A stretch of DNA of 64,000 nucleotides, from NCBI GenBank assembly GCA_018654845.1, contig JABIKU010000016.1, forward strand, positions 3,727 to 67,726, written 5' to 3'. The stretch comes from Methanobacteriota archaeon. GTDB lineage: Archaea > Thermoplasmatota > Poseidoniia > Poseidoniales > Thalassarchaeaceae. Positions 19,969-30,824 of the stretch are shown here, one piece after another. The notes beneath the pieces are model-generated. The model did no database searches, was not told the DNA's origin, and saw only the letters and a program-made list of their open reading frames with translations. The position numbers and the translations under genes were made by a program. Every line of letters starts with the position of its first letter. The stretch's first letter is position 1.

Positions 19969-20982
19969 TTATTTTCTAATAGGATTATTCCATCTTGCAT
20001 TAGTAGGCGGCCGAGTTATCGCTAAAAATCCCAAAATTCCATTATTTTCAACCGGGTAAAGCCATGTTTTGTTTACTCCTGAAGCCAACCTAGATGTCAG
20101 ACATGCATCTCCCCAATCCATTGATTTTTCATCAGGGTCAGATATCAACCAAGGGGCGTGATCTTGGCCTATTGGTTGATCATAACATCTCCATCGAGTG
20201 CCGTATTTGAATCCGGGTCTTGGATGTAATCCTCTAGATAAAAGGTCAGATAGAATTTTTGCGCCTGATGAAAGTGGATTTTGATTTTGAATTAGTTCTA
20301 CAGAATATGAATCTAAGAATCTACCTTCATCCATTGGAATACCCAATTGTTCTACGGGCCAAGTTTTGGTGGAATTGAAAAAACGGTTTCCTTCACCAAT
20401 GTCAATACTATTTTCTGAATTCAATTTATTGAGTACTGATTGGGAAGGTGAAATTAATTGCCCTTTAGGTGATATATTAGCTAAATTGTAAGTCACAACA
20501 GCCTGTTCGTCATCAACAATTAATATTTCAGCAATCCTGTTCTTATTTTCAACTAATTTACTCCATTCTATTAATTCAACAGGGTTGAAAAGATCCGTTG
20601 AGCGGAACCAACGTATTTCAGAAACAGGATCACTATTCCTTGGGTGGCTATTTGAATCCCACCTTAATCCCCAAGTGCTTTTTGCGAATGAATGATTCAT
20701 TTGATGTAGATGATTGTGTAACACAATTCGATTACCTGGCATACGTAAGGCTTCTAAAATTGAAAACTCATCAATTAAATTGGGTTCCAAAGAGAGCATC
20801 TCCATTAGCCAATTAGATGATGGTAAATCGATGTGCCGGTATTTATGGCAAAACAACAATTCTGAAGATGTTAAATGCAGAATGCCATTTTGGTTTGGCA
20901 TTCCTAAAGCGGATTTATTCCAAAGCCTATCTGCAGCTTGGCCGCCATAACTCCAGCATCCGTCCCGGAATTCCATAGTCAC
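19969..20982 (-). CDS. endA: tRNA-splicing endonuclease (two-unit alpha2 type)
   Basis: GFKYGTRWRCY, DHAPW, RLASGVNK (Tyr/His/Lys triad); structural unit with VDDEQAVVTY loop. Confidence 0.88.
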   Translation of the reverse strand: MTMEFRDGCWSYGGQAADRLWNKSALGMPNQNGILHLTSSELLFCHKYRHIDLPSSNWLMEMLSLEPNLIDEFSILEALRMPGNRIVLHNHLHQMNHSFAKSTWGLRWDSNSHPRNSDPVSEIRWFRSTDLFNPVELIEWSKLVENKNRIAEILIVDDEQAVVTYNLANISPKGQLISPSQSVLNKLNSENSIDIGEGNRFFNSTKTWPVEQLGIPMDEGRFLDSYSVELIQNQNPLSSGAKILSDLLSRGLHPRPGFKYGTRWRCYDQPIGQDHAPWLISDPDEKSMDWGDACLTSRLASGVNKTWLYPVENNGILGFLAITRPPTNARWNNPIRK

Positions 20983-21054
20983 ACTAAAGCATTCTATTTT
21001 TCATCTAGTCGGTTCCATAAATATCATTCATGGGATGCGACACGCCGTCTTTGT

Positions 21055-22110
21055 ATGATAGACGAAGAACGACAAGAAAGAGTTAATCGGTTAAAAAACC
21101 TCAGGATTCTATTAGATTCTATGGAATCATCTAGAGTGACTTTAATCGGCGATGTAATGTTAGATAGATATCACCATGGTTACGCTAATAATTTGAATTC
21201 AACTGCCCCTGTACCAGTTTTGAAAATTACTAGTTCAGAGGAATCACCAGGTGCTGCAGCACATATTGCTCGAGGACTTCATTCACTTGGTTTATCAGTT
21301 GCATTTTATTCATGCGTTGGTGGTGACTCAGAAGGTCAGACCATAAAATCTCTACTAAATGAGGATGGAATCGATGTTTCAGGTATTGAATTAGTTCACG
21401 GAGTAAAGACTTTGACTAAAATTAGGTTTTATGGTAGTCGACAAAGTTTGCTAGATCAAGAACAGATTTTATTACAAGCTGATAGAGGTCCCCTTGATGA
21501 TTTAGATAAATCAGTTAGTTCATCATTGGTTGATTCTGCGCTAACATCTATACCGAATTCTTGTGCCTTAGTAATCTCTGATTATGATAAGGGAGTTTTG
21601 ACTGATGAGGGGGCTCAGATATTAATTAATTCAGCTAAAGAGCATAAAATTCCTTCAATTGTAGATCCTAAATTAACTGGACTAGAGCGTAGTCGTGGTG
21701 CTACGGTCGTGTTATTCGAAATTAGAGGGCTTGAATTGCTTAGGCGTCGATTAATGCTTGAAGATAGTTCCTTGACTGCTAAGCACTTAATCGACGAATA
21801 TGAGTGGGATTCTTTGGTAATATTAGGTGGCGTAAACGGCGTGACATTATACCAATCCAATGGGGATGTAGAACATCACGAATGTAATGCTCAAACTCCA
21901 ATTCAGCAAATCGGTTTACACGATGCTGCTGCAACTGCGCTCGCAGCATCTTTGGGTCATCAAAATTCTATGTCTGATGCAGTGGCTTTAGTTTCTGCAG
22001 CGTGCGACTGTGTCTTATCCGCTGAAGCCAGTCACGAATTTGTAGATAGGAAGGAACTAAGTCTCTGGCTTGATGATTTATCTTGGCAATTACAAATTTC
22101 TGATAGATGA
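21055..22110 (+). CDS. PfkB-family protein, HldE/RfaE kinase-domain-like
   Basis: IGDVMLDRY, APVPVL, PGAAA, ISDYDKGVL, VDPK; GAGD replaced by GLHD. Confidence 0.82.
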   Translation: MIDEERQERVNRLKNLRILLDSMESSRVTLIGDVMLDRYHHGYANNLNSTAPVPVLKITSSEESPGAAAHIARGLHSLGLSVAFYSCVGGDSEGQTIKSLLNEDGIDVSGIELVHGVKTLTKIRFYGSRQSLLDQEQILLQADRGPLDDLDKSVSSSLVDSALTSIPNSCALVISDYDKGVLTDEGAQILINSAKEHKIPSIVDPKLTGLERSRGATVVLFEIRGLELLRRRLMLEDSSLTAKHLIDEYEWDSLVILGGVNGVTLYQSNGDVEHHECNAQTPIQQIGLHDAAATALAASLGHQNSMSDAVALVSAACDCVLSAEASHEFVDRKELSLWLDDLSWQLQISDR

Positions 22111-22163
22111 GCATTATTCAGGAAACGATTGGGTTCAATAATCCGAAGTCTTTCGATTATCGT

Positions 22164-23618
22164 ATGCAGAGCAAGGTGATATTGACTTCAGTGTTGATAT
22201 TTTCAGTAACTTTGTTAGGTATTTCAACTGCATATGCACAAGATTCAGTTTCTTTTGACACATTTTCGATTGGGATTGAGACTGAGAATGGATATATTGC
22301 CGATGGAGAATTTGAATTCTCAGGAACCGTATCTCCAATCACATCTGACTCAATTTTTCAAATTACTTGGTCAATTTATAGATCTGATGGTTTGATTGTT
22401 GATGGAGGTGATATTAATTCAAATTCAGGAGCCAATTATGAATTAGGAACATATTTATGGAATGTTCAATTAAATTCATCTCATTATTCATCGTGCGCAT
22501 GTTATTTTTCAATTACTGTCTCGGATGACAACAATTACGAAACTTCCTTATCAATTGTATTTTTTGTTGCAAATGAAGAAAACTCACAAATAGGCCTTAC
22601 TCTCGAATCCCCCTCATATTCTGATTGGGTTAGTAATGAAATTCTCATTGAAGGCTGGGTTGGTAGTCTTTATCAAAATCAAGAAAAATTGTATGGGAAA
22701 TTAAATAGAATAAATAATATTGGCCGTTCTTGTTTAGAATTTGATAATACAGTAGATTTTGAAATTATTCCTGATGAGTCAAGTGGTGCATTTTCAGATA
22801 TTATTGATATTTCTTCCAAACTTGAAGGATGGCATGATCTAATATTATTCGTTTCCGATGAAGTTGAGGGTGAGTTCGAAATTATATCGTGTATTCCAGT
22901 CAAAATGAATAATTTAGTGCCGTTTGGCTCTATAATTTCCGTATCCAATATTGTAGAATCCAATGATATTGAATTAATCACATCAGATTTTATTGAACCT
23001 TATTGGAGTGATGTTGATCTATATTATATATGGTCAGTAACCGATTCATATGGTAATCTTGAATTGATTGAAGGTTTAAAAATTGATTCTATATCAATCG
23101 ATTTGTCTCAATCTGGAATTTTCCAATTAAACCTCTTAGTTATTGATGCTGGCGGTCAATCGGTTTCTGTTCAACAAACAATTGTTATTGAAAATATTCC
23201 ACCGATTGCGAATCTGACAATTGATTCTGAACCAATTATTGATGGTATGGAAATTAAATTAACAGATTCTGAGGAATGGCACTTAGCAGCGAATGAATAT
23301 GATACAAGTAATGACATTTCTAAATTACGATGTAGCTGGTCAATAAATGATGTACCTGTCTTTGAGGGTTGTGAACGTATTTTGACTTGGCCCGATTCAT
23401 CAAATGACCATTTATTCTTGAGATTAGATGTTATGGACGATGATGGTGAGTTTGATTCAATTAATGTGAAATTAATTAATCCAAATGCTTCAAAACAATT
23501 CCCATACCATATTGTTGTATTGATTATTTCAAGTGCCTTTTTCATTTTCTCATTATTCCATAGGTCTAAATCAAATAGAAATAATCAATCCATCCCAAAA
23601 TGGAATGTTAAAAAATAA
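22164..23618 (+). CDS. Acidic surface protein with Ig/PKD-like domains
   Basis: Signal peptide (AYA), ENIPPIA, LDVMDDDG, C-terminal TM plus basic tail. Confidence 0.65.
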   Translation: MQSKVILTSVLIFSVTLLGISTAYAQDSVSFDTFSIGIETENGYIADGEFEFSGTVSPITSDSIFQITWSIYRSDGLIVDGGDINSNSGANYELGTYLWNVQLNSSHYSSCACYFSITVSDDNNYETSLSIVFFVANEENSQIGLTLESPSYSDWVSNEILIEGWVGSLYQNQEKLYGKLNRINNIGRSCLEFDNTVDFEIIPDESSGAFSDIIDISSKLEGWHDLILFVSDEVEGEFEIISCIPVKMNNLVPFGSIISVSNIVESNDIELITSDFIEPYWSDVDLYYIWSVTDSYGNLELIEGLKIDSISIDLSQSGIFQLNLLVIDAGGQSVSVQQTIVIENIPPIANLTIDSEPIIDGMEIKLTDSEEWHLAANEYDTSNDISKLRCSWSINDVPVFEGCERILTWPDSSNDHLFLRLDVMDDDGEFDSINVKLINPNASKQFPYHIVVLIISSAFFIFSLFHRSKSNRNNQSIPKWNVKK

Positions 23619-23679
23619 TTTATCGTATCATACTAATGCACAGTAATATAAGTCCAATCATTTTCGGAAGATTGGTGAC

Positions 23680-25023
23680 TTGATGGCGAAATTAGCATTT
23701 CCAATCTTGGAGTATATTGAGAGACAAAGAAATTTTTATTCAAAACTCCCAAAAGATACGTTGTTAATAATCCCTGCAAATCCATCGGCAGTAAGATCTA
23801 ATGATGTACATTATCCATACCGGGCGAATTCTTACCAAATGTATCTTTCTGGGTGGAACTCCCAAGGAGCGGTATTAACAGCTCAATACATTGACGAAAA
23901 ATGGATAACTTCTCTTTTTGTTCAATCCAGAGATGTTACTATGGAGATTTGGGAGGGTAGACGTATTGGTACTGAAAGAGCAAAATCTGAATGGCCAATT
24001 GATGAATCCTATTCTCTTAACGATTTGATTCCAAAATTAGAAGAATTTCTCAAGGATTGTAAACAAGTACATATTATCCAAAATTTATCTATCGAAGTTG
24101 ATACATTAATACATCGAGTTTTGACTACAAAATCCCGGGCCAGAAATGTTAGTGGAACTGGGCCGATATCCATTACTGACCCTTCATCTATTTTGGATGA
24201 AATGAGGGTTATTAAATCAGATTTAGAGATAGATTTGATGAAACAATCAGCCGAATTAGCATCTGATGCGCATATTTTAGCTATGCAAGCATCATATAGC
24301 GGTATTAATGAATTTGAATTACAGGCAGTTATTGAAGGATATTTTGTATCTAATGGGAGTCAATGGAGCTATCCTTCGATTGTTGGTGGTGGTGATAATG
24401 GCACAATTTTACATTATTCAAAAAATAATTGCCCTATTGAAGACGGAGAATTAGTTTTAGTCGATGCTGGATGTGAAATTGAGGGTTATGCTTCGGATAT
24501 TACTAGAACATGGCCAGTTAATGGTAAATTTAGTGAAGCCCAAAAGGAAATTTATCAACTTGTATTGAGGGCAGAACTTGCAGCGATAGATGCCTGTGTC
24601 ATTGGTGCTGCTTGGAATTCTTCCCACGTTGTGGCATCGAAGATTATTGCTCAAGGATTAATTGATTTAGGAATTTTAGAATGTGATTTACAAGAGGCTT
24701 TGGGGGATAATCTCGATGGAGAATATCGTAAGTTTTTCATGCATGGGACTAGCCACTTTCTTGGTCTAGACGTTCATGATGTAGGTATAACAAAACCAGA
24801 TCCAGAAAGTGCAGGGAGATCTCTTGAGGCCGGAATGGTTTTGACAATTGAACCTGGATTATACTTTGGTTCATGGCGAAGTGATGTTAAATTCCCACAA
24901 AAATATTCAAAAATTGCTGTTCGAATAGAAGATGATATTTTGATTACAAAAAAGGGCCCTGTTGTTTTAACCAAAAATTGCCCAAAAACTCTCAAAGAAA
25001 TTGAAAAACTTGTTGGTAATTAA
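23680..25023 (+). CDS. pepP: Xaa-Pro aminopeptidase
   Basis: SNDVHYPYR, ILHY, DAGCE, SDITRT, HGTSHFLGLDVHD, EPGLY, RIEDD. Confidence 0.95.
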   Translation: MMAKLAFPILEYIERQRNFYSKLPKDTLLIIPANPSAVRSNDVHYPYRANSYQMYLSGWNSQGAVLTAQYIDEKWITSLFVQSRDVTMEIWEGRRIGTERAKSEWPIDESYSLNDLIPKLEEFLKDCKQVHIIQNLSIEVDTLIHRVLTTKSRARNVSGTGPISITDPSSILDEMRVIKSDLEIDLMKQSAELASDAHILAMQASYSGINEFELQAVIEGYFVSNGSQWSYPSIVGGGDNGTILHYSKNNCPIEDGELVLVDAGCEIEGYASDITRTWPVNGKFSEAQKEIYQLVLRAELAAIDACVIGAAWNSSHVVASKIIAQGLIDLGILECDLQEALGDNLDGEYRKFFMHGTSHFLGLDVHDVGITKPDPESAGRSLEAGMVLTIEPGLYFGSWRSDVKFPQKYSKIAVRIEDDILITKKGPVVLTKNCPKTLKEIEKLVGN

Positions 25024-25035
25024 GGCGGTATATTT

Positions 25036-26202
25036 TTGTCTAGTGTGGCTGAAATTTTAGAGAAAAAACTCTTTGATTTTCGATATCGATTAAGTGTTGA
25101 TGAGGCTACGTTATTATACGATAAATGTGATTTGAACGATTTAATGTATGCCTCATTAGAAGTTAGGAAATCAATCAACCCAGGGAATAAAATTACATAT
25201 TTGGTTGATAGAAATATCAATTACACTAATGCTTGTACAATAAATTGCCAATTTTGTTCTTTCTATAGGCCGCCAAGACATAAAGAGGTCTATACTCAGT
25301 CCTATGAAGAAATATCAACTAGAATCTCTGAATTAGAAAAAATTGGTGGCACGAGAATATTGATGCAAGGAGGAGTTAATCCCGAACTTTCATTAGATTG
25401 GTATTTAGAACTGATAAAATATCTAAGAGACAACCATCCAAGTATTGCTTTAGATTGTTTTTCCCCGATTGAAATTGAAGGAATTGCAGAAGTTTGTGAT
25501 TTGTCTACGTTGAAAGTTCTGAAGAAATTAGCAAAAGCAGGAATGCATGGCTTACCGGGTGGGGGCGCTGAAATATTAGTTGATACAATTCGAAATGATA
25601 TTTCTCCAAAGAAAGGATCCGCTAGCAATTGGTTGAAAGTAATGGGTGAAGCTCAAGAGATTGGGTTGACCACATCTGCAACAAATGTTTTTGGATTTGG
25701 AGAAACAAATTTGGACCGTGTGATGCATATGGAACAAATACGAATTTTGCAGGATAATGCTATACAAAATGGAAAAATAGGATTTACATCATTTATTGCT
25801 TGGCCAGTCCAGTTGGAAAATAATAGTTTTGGACGAAGAAATCGTGGCCAAAACCGCATCGAATTAGGTGCTACGGCACAGGAGTATTTGCGTCATATTG
25901 CGATTTCTCGTTTATTTTTCGATAATATAGATCATATTCAAGCATCATGGCCTACGATGGGTTTGGGAGTTGCACAGATGGCTATGTTAGCAGGAGCAGA
26001 CGATGCAGGTTCAACAATGATGGAAGAGAATGTTGTATCGGCATCTGGTACCAAGAAAACCGAAGCATTAGAAACGGAAATTCAAAACTCAATTATCCGT
26101 GCAGGATTTTTACCTCAGAAAAGAGATTCTGATTACAAGTATTTATCGACAAATGTTGTGACTACTGTGAATTCATATTCTCCAATTCCCCAACAATTTT
26201 AA
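25036..26202 (+). CDS. mqnC: Cyclic dehypoxanthinyl futalosine synthase MqnC (CofH-like radical SAM)
   Basis: DRNINYTNACTINCQFCSFYR, PGGGAEIL, IQASW, GSTMMEENVV. Confidence 0.85.
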   Translation: MSSVAEILEKKLFDFRYRLSVDEATLLYDKCDLNDLMYASLEVRKSINPGNKITYLVDRNINYTNACTINCQFCSFYRPPRHKEVYTQSYEEISTRISELEKIGGTRILMQGGVNPELSLDWYLELIKYLRDNHPSIALDCFSPIEIEGIAEVCDLSTLKVLKKLAKAGMHGLPGGGAEILVDTIRNDISPKKGSASNWLKVMGEAQEIGLTTSATNVFGFGETNLDRVMHMEQIRILQDNAIQNGKIGFTSFIAWPVQLENNSFGRRNRGQNRIELGATAQEYLRHIAISRLFFDNIDHIQASWPTMGLGVAQMAMLAGADDAGSTMMEENVVSASGTKKTEALETEIQNSIIRAGFLPQKRDSDYKYLSTNVVTTVNSYSPIPQQF

Positions 26203-27284
26203 TCATCAGATAATTCAATTCTTCCACTTTTGACTGGAAGGTTCTCAATATGTATTTTATGATGGGTATGTGCAACTTTGATCGGAGAAACCCATTTCAT
26301 TTTCACTCCATCATTCCTTATTCCTTCTAGAATAATTTCCCAATGAATTGCTATTAAAGAAGAATATATCGAACCAGGCCAAATTTCCTTCAGGCTAGGG
26401 AGCTCAATATTTTGAGGATTATAATCCACCCATTCCCCTGATGCCATAACTCTCATAGGTTCCAACATCAATACTCTACGGTTTGATAATATCATGGGTG
26501 TTGTCTCACCAACACCTGTCCCGTGTTCTTCAGAAGTCGTAATACGTCTAGCAGGTAATTCAGTTGACATTCCAGGTGCAGTTTGTTCATTTTCAGTTTT
26601 TTTCAGCGCTTCCAGAACGCTGCGTCGTTCAGGTACCGGCATCCCAACTTGTAATTTGGCTCTATTGATTTTTATATTCTCATCAATTTCAAAATTCAAA
26701 AGAGTGACGGCCTTTTCATCAATACGTATCTCAAATTGTGGGGATTCAAGGGGGTTTAAATAATATTTTTTTTGCCTTGAAAAATCTCTTAAGTTTGCAA
26801 TTATTCTAAGTACTATCGGCGATATAAAGATTGGAAACCCAATTAGTAAAAATGCAGGGTAATTTAGCGGCCCAATTCTAAATGAACTCCAAATAATTTC
26901 TATGAATCCTTCAAGGTATTCAAAATTCTCTAAAGATGGTACTAATGCTCTTAATAAGAATGAAATAATTAGGATGAGAACTGCAGGAGTAATCATTTTT
27001 CTAGCTTGCTTGTGTAATGGATCGGGGTCAATATACCATCCGTTTCTAGTGCGAAGAAGGAATGGAGGGGTTTCGAAAGATATCTTTGAAAATATTGAAT
27101 CAAAGTTATCATCATCTGTCATTTTCCTCCATTCAACAATCCAACTTTCTTCATTGCCAATTTTAAATGACGGCGGAGGGGATGTTTCAGATTCAAGGAT
27201 AATTTCAATCAATTCAATTTCATTGGGATTAATGTGTTTGTGTTCGAATGGAGGATACCTGATTCTTTGAATTGATTTATACAT
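26199..27284 (-). CDS. Hypothetical membrane protein (2 TM)
   Basis: 361-aa ORF directly downstream of the GGR gene; two hydrophobic segments. Confidence 0.65.
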   Translation of the reverse strand: MYKSIQRIRYPPFEHKHINPNEIELIEIILESETSPPPSFKIGNEESWIVEWRKMTDDDNFDSIFSKISFETPPFLLRTRNGWYIDPDPLHKQARKMITPAVLILIISFLLRALVPSLENFEYLEGFIEIIWSSFRIGPLNYPAFLLIGFPIFISPIVLRIIANLRDFSRQKKYYLNPLESPQFEIRIDEKAVTLLNFEIDENIKINRAKLQVGMPVPERRSVLEALKKTENEQTAPGMSTELPARRITTSEEHGTGVGETTPMILSNRRVLMLEPMRVMASGEWVDYNPQNIELPSLKEIWPGSIYSSLIAIHWEIILEGIRNDGVKMKWVSPIKVAHTHHKIHIENLPVKSGRIELSDD

Positions 27285-28496
27285 TCAATTACCCCAAAAA
27301 ATAGCTTTCATTGCTTTACCAGCAACTTTTCTAAAATCAGGTATTTCGCGAATCATTTTCAAACCTAGTGGTATTGGATTTTCAATTTCTCCAACTTCAT
27401 TAATTAATTCAATAACCTCTGGTTTCGACCAAATTAAAAAATTCTCATCTAATTCTTCATCAGATGAATTAGTCAGAAAAGCATCACGCAATGCCCTTGC
27501 TCGTCGTTGTTCCTTCCTTAGTGAGTCAAATTTTTCATTTATCAATTTTAAATTTATAGCATCGGTTTCATTTTTGTGTATTAATTCACATAATTGATCA
27601 ATTATCAATTCAATTTGTTTGAAACCGGGGCCGATTCCTCCGCCGGTTGTTGGTTTGCATAATCCTGCCGCATCACCAAATAAAACGACTCTATCAGATG
27701 TTACGTTTTTCAGCATTCCAGCTGGTATTGGACCAACAAACCTTCCAACTTCATTGCAATTATTAAATTTCTCAGTCCACTTTTCTGAATTCATTAATGA
27801 ATTCAGATAATATTCACAAGATTCCCCATTCAGCAATTCCCCTTTGGACCACATCCCAATTCTAGATGTTTCTCCTGATGGAATAACCCAAGCAAAAAAC
27901 CCAGGTGATATTTCAGAACCAGTAAACACATCCAGAACTCCTTCTTTACCATTATACCCTGTAACTTCAATTTGAAATCCAACCATCAATTCCCTTGGTC
28001 TCCCCATTTTGAAATATCGCCTAACCCAAGAATGAGCCCCATCAGCACCACAGATTAGTTTAGTTTTCACAGTTTTTAATTTCCCCTTAACAATATATTC
28101 TAACTCAACAAAATCTCCTCTATTAATTGCCTTTGTTGGCTTACTTTCAAGAGAAATATGGCAACCACTGTTCAGAGCCCTTTCAACAATTGCTTCATCA
28201 AATAATTTTCTACAAACTGACCATGTTCGAACTTGGTTAGGGTTTCCGATTTCGACTGAAATTCCAGATGGACTGTATAATCGAGCACCCCAGATAGAAG
28301 ATAATACAGTATTATGCAAATTGACAGAATCCATTGCTTGAGGGCTAACTAAACCCGCACATTGAAATGGCCTACCAATTTGACTATGTTCTTCAAGCAT
28401 TAATACACTTATTTTTCTCTCTGCCATCTTGCGAGCAAGATAACCACCTATGGGGCCAGCACCAACAATAATTACATCATAGTCGATGTTAGCCAC
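27285..28496 (-). CDS. Geranylgeranyl reductase family flavoprotein
   Basis: GAGPIG, QCAG, GADG, PGFFAWVIP, GDAAG..KPTTGGGI. Confidence 0.9.
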   Translation of the reverse strand: MANIDYDVIIVGAGPIGGYLARKMAERKISVLMLEEHSQIGRPFQCAGLVSPQAMDSVNLHNTVLSSIWGARLYSPSGISVEIGNPNQVRTWSVCRKLFDEAIVERALNSGCHISLESKPTKAINRGDFVELEYIVKGKLKTVKTKLICGADGAHSWVRRYFKMGRPRELMVGFQIEVTGYNGKEGVLDVFTGSEISPGFFAWVIPSGETSRIGMWSKGELLNGESCEYYLNSLMNSEKWTEKFNNCNEVGRFVGPIPAGMLKNVTSDRVVLFGDAAGLCKPTTGGGIGPGFKQIELIIDQLCELIHKNETDAINLKLINEKFDSLRKEQRRARALRDAFLTNSSDEELDENFLIWSKPEVIELINEVGEIENPIPLGLKMIREIPDFRKVAGKAMKAIFWGN

Positions 28497-28553
28497 ATCA
28501 CAGTTCAGAAGGCATTCCTTATTGGATTCTTCTAATTCCGAAAAGTCTAAGTT

Positions 28554-30824
28554 TCATTTCTTAGACGTTCTTTTTTTTCTTTTCTTCATAGATTTATTGA
28601 TAATTAGACTTGCATCACTCTTTGTCATTTCTGAGATTTCTACAATATCTGCTATTGCTAATAAATCACTTAATGGAGTTTCTGATTGTTCTGCTAATTT
28701 TCTTACTAATTTCACTTGAGGTTCAGTTGCAGGGAGTAAATTGCTTCTATTAATTAATTCAGAAATTATAGTGCTCGCAGAACCATTTTTCCCCCCTGTC
28801 AATTTATCCACATCATCAATTTCAGCTATTTTGACAATTTCTGAAATGTTCAAAGATAATTGATCTGCAAGTTTGTAAATTAAATTCATTTGTTTTTCAC
28901 TAGCAGGCATTTCACCCCACTTTGCCCCTTCTTCATTTAATTTTTCAAGAATTTCTCGCATATCATCTCCTGATAATTGATTAATATTATTTCCATTTAG
29001 CAATTCATGTTTCTGCTCGGAATTCATATTTCTAACACGGTTTTCAAGATATTCAAATTGTCTTTTAGTTGGTTTTTTTCTTTTTTCTTCAAGAGCAACA
29101 TTATGCATATCACGAAATTCTTCAACGAATGTATGCCAAACATCTGGACCGGTTTGATATTGTCTTTCTATTTCATCTAAATCCAATTCCATCTTTGCTG
29201 TAAAATCAGAATTAAATAAACCCTTTTTATCATTTTGATTATTATAAAATGGAACTATTTCAAGCCAAAGTAATCGTCCATCATCTGTAGGAATTAATGA
29301 GCTATTTTCAGTTGTAACGTATTTCCTAGAATTTAGACGATTTATTGTTGTTACATAAGTTGATGGCCGACCAATTCCCGCCTTTTTCATTTCTTGAACA
29401 ATTGAACTTTCAGTAAATCTACGAGGAGGTTTCGTTTCATCACTAGTTAATGTTGGATTTTCATCATCATTTGTAAAAGTCCATTTCTCTCCTTGTGCCA
29501 AGGCAAATTTAGGTGGTTGAGTAATAACATTATTTTGAAACTTGGAAAAAACCGCTTCCCAACCTGGATGTATTCTCCAGGATGCGGTACCATAATATGA
29601 ATTAGAGAATCCTTCAGATGTTGCAACAAGATCTCTTCTTTCTCGTATCGAATCTGACATCTGGCTAGCAGCGAATCTAGACCAAATTAATGAATATAAT
29701 AAGGCTTCATCTTTTTCGACACCCTCAATTTGTATCTTTTCGGGTCGAGTGGGCCGGATTGCTTCGTGAGCATCTTGAACATTGGCAGCACCTTTTTTTG
29801 CATCAGCCCCCACCACTCCTTCACCTAGGTGGTTTTGTCCATATTCACTTTGTAAGAAAGTACGAATAGTATTCCTTGCGTCTATATTTGTTCGAGTTGA
29901 ATCTGTACGGATGTAAGTAATGTGGCCCGATTGATACAATTTCCCAGCTAGTTGGCTAGTTTTTGATACTGACCATCCCAGCGATGAATTTGCAGATTGC
30001 AATAGTGTGTCTGTGGTGAAAGGAGGTTTGGGTTTTCTGCGAGTCTGCCCTTCTTTTATTGAAGTAAGAATTAATTCTCCACTTGATTGAAGTGCGGTAA
30101 ATGCATTATTTGCAAGGTCTAAGTCAAAAGTTCTGTCAGGGTGATGTTTTCCTTTTCCATCAACCCAAGCCTCTTGTTCATTTTTTTCGTGGAATCGTGC
30201 TTTAAATTTAACATTCTCGACATTTACTGATACGCTATGGTAACTAATTGGGATGTGTGCTTCTCGTTCTAATTCTTTGTCTACTATGAATCCCAATGTG
30301 GGTGTTTGAACTCTACCCATTGAAGCTAATTTCCACGATCTAGCAAACTTAGAGCAGCGATAGCCTACCAATCTATCCATAAATCGGCGTACTTTTGCAG
30401 CATCTACTAACGATTCATTAATCACATCAGAATTTTCAATTGCTTCATTAATTGATTTTTCAGTAATCTCGTTGAAGGTCACTCGTTTTAGAGTTTCAAA
30501 TTCTGAAAAAATAATGCTCAAACGCCATGCAATAAACTCACCTTCCCTATCAGGGTCAGTTGCGATATAGATTTCATTAACTTTTGAGGTTCTTGCTTTC
30601 TTCAAAACGGTAGTCATTTTCTTTTCTGCTCTAGAAGTCCAACTCCACGGCGGTTCAGGAAGTTGATCTGATTTCGATGCCCACATCGCTTTAGAGCTAT
30701 CTTTATTTCCTTTAGATGGTAAATCTTGAACATGACCATTACATGCTTCTACCAACCAACCTTTTCCAAGATATTTCTTGACAGTTTTTGCTTTCGCACC
30801 GGACTCGAGAATCATTAATTTCAA
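28554..30824 (-). CDS. topA: Type IA DNA topoisomerase
   Basis: LES..KAK, GHVQDLP, ATDPDREGE, GRVQTP, ITYIRTD (catalytic Tyr), AHEAIRP, GIGRPSTY; TTG start. Confidence 0.96.
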   Translation of the reverse strand: MKLMILESGAKAKTVKKYLGKGWLVEACNGHVQDLPSKGNKDSSKAMWASKSDQLPEPPWSWTSRAEKKMTTVLKKARTSKVNEIYIATDPDREGEFIAWRLSIIFSEFETLKRVTFNEITEKSINEAIENSDVINESLVDAAKVRRFMDRLVGYRCSKFARSWKLASMGRVQTPTLGFIVDKELEREAHIPISYHSVSVNVENVKFKARFHEKNEQEAWVDGKGKHHPDRTFDLDLANNAFTALQSSGELILTSIKEGQTRRKPKPPFTTDTLLQSANSSLGWSVSKTSQLAGKLYQSGHITYIRTDSTRTNIDARNTIRTFLQSEYGQNHLGEGVVGADAKKGAANVQDAHEAIRPTRPEKIQIEGVEKDEALLYSLIWSRFAASQMSDSIRERRDLVATSEGFSNSYYGTASWRIHPGWEAVFSKFQNNVITQPPKFALAQGEKWTFTNDDENPTLTSDETKPPRRFTESSIVQEMKKAGIGRPSTYVTTINRLNSRKYVTTENSSLIPTDDGRLLWLEIVPFYNNQNDKKGLFNSDFTAKMELDLDEIERQYQTGPDVWHTFVEEFRDMHNVALEEKRKKPTKRQFEYLENRVRNMNSEQKHELLNGNNINQLSGDDMREILEKLNEEGAKWGEMPASEKQMNLIYKLADQLSLNISEIVKIAEIDDVDKLTGGKNGSASTIISELINRSNLLPATEPQVKLVRKLAEQSETPLSDLLAIADIVEISEMTKSDASLIINKSMKKRKKRTSKK

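Noticed and set aside
25036..26202. CofH (F420 biosynthesis)
   Set aside because: DRNINYTN and STMMEENVV fit MqnC better, and no cofG is present.
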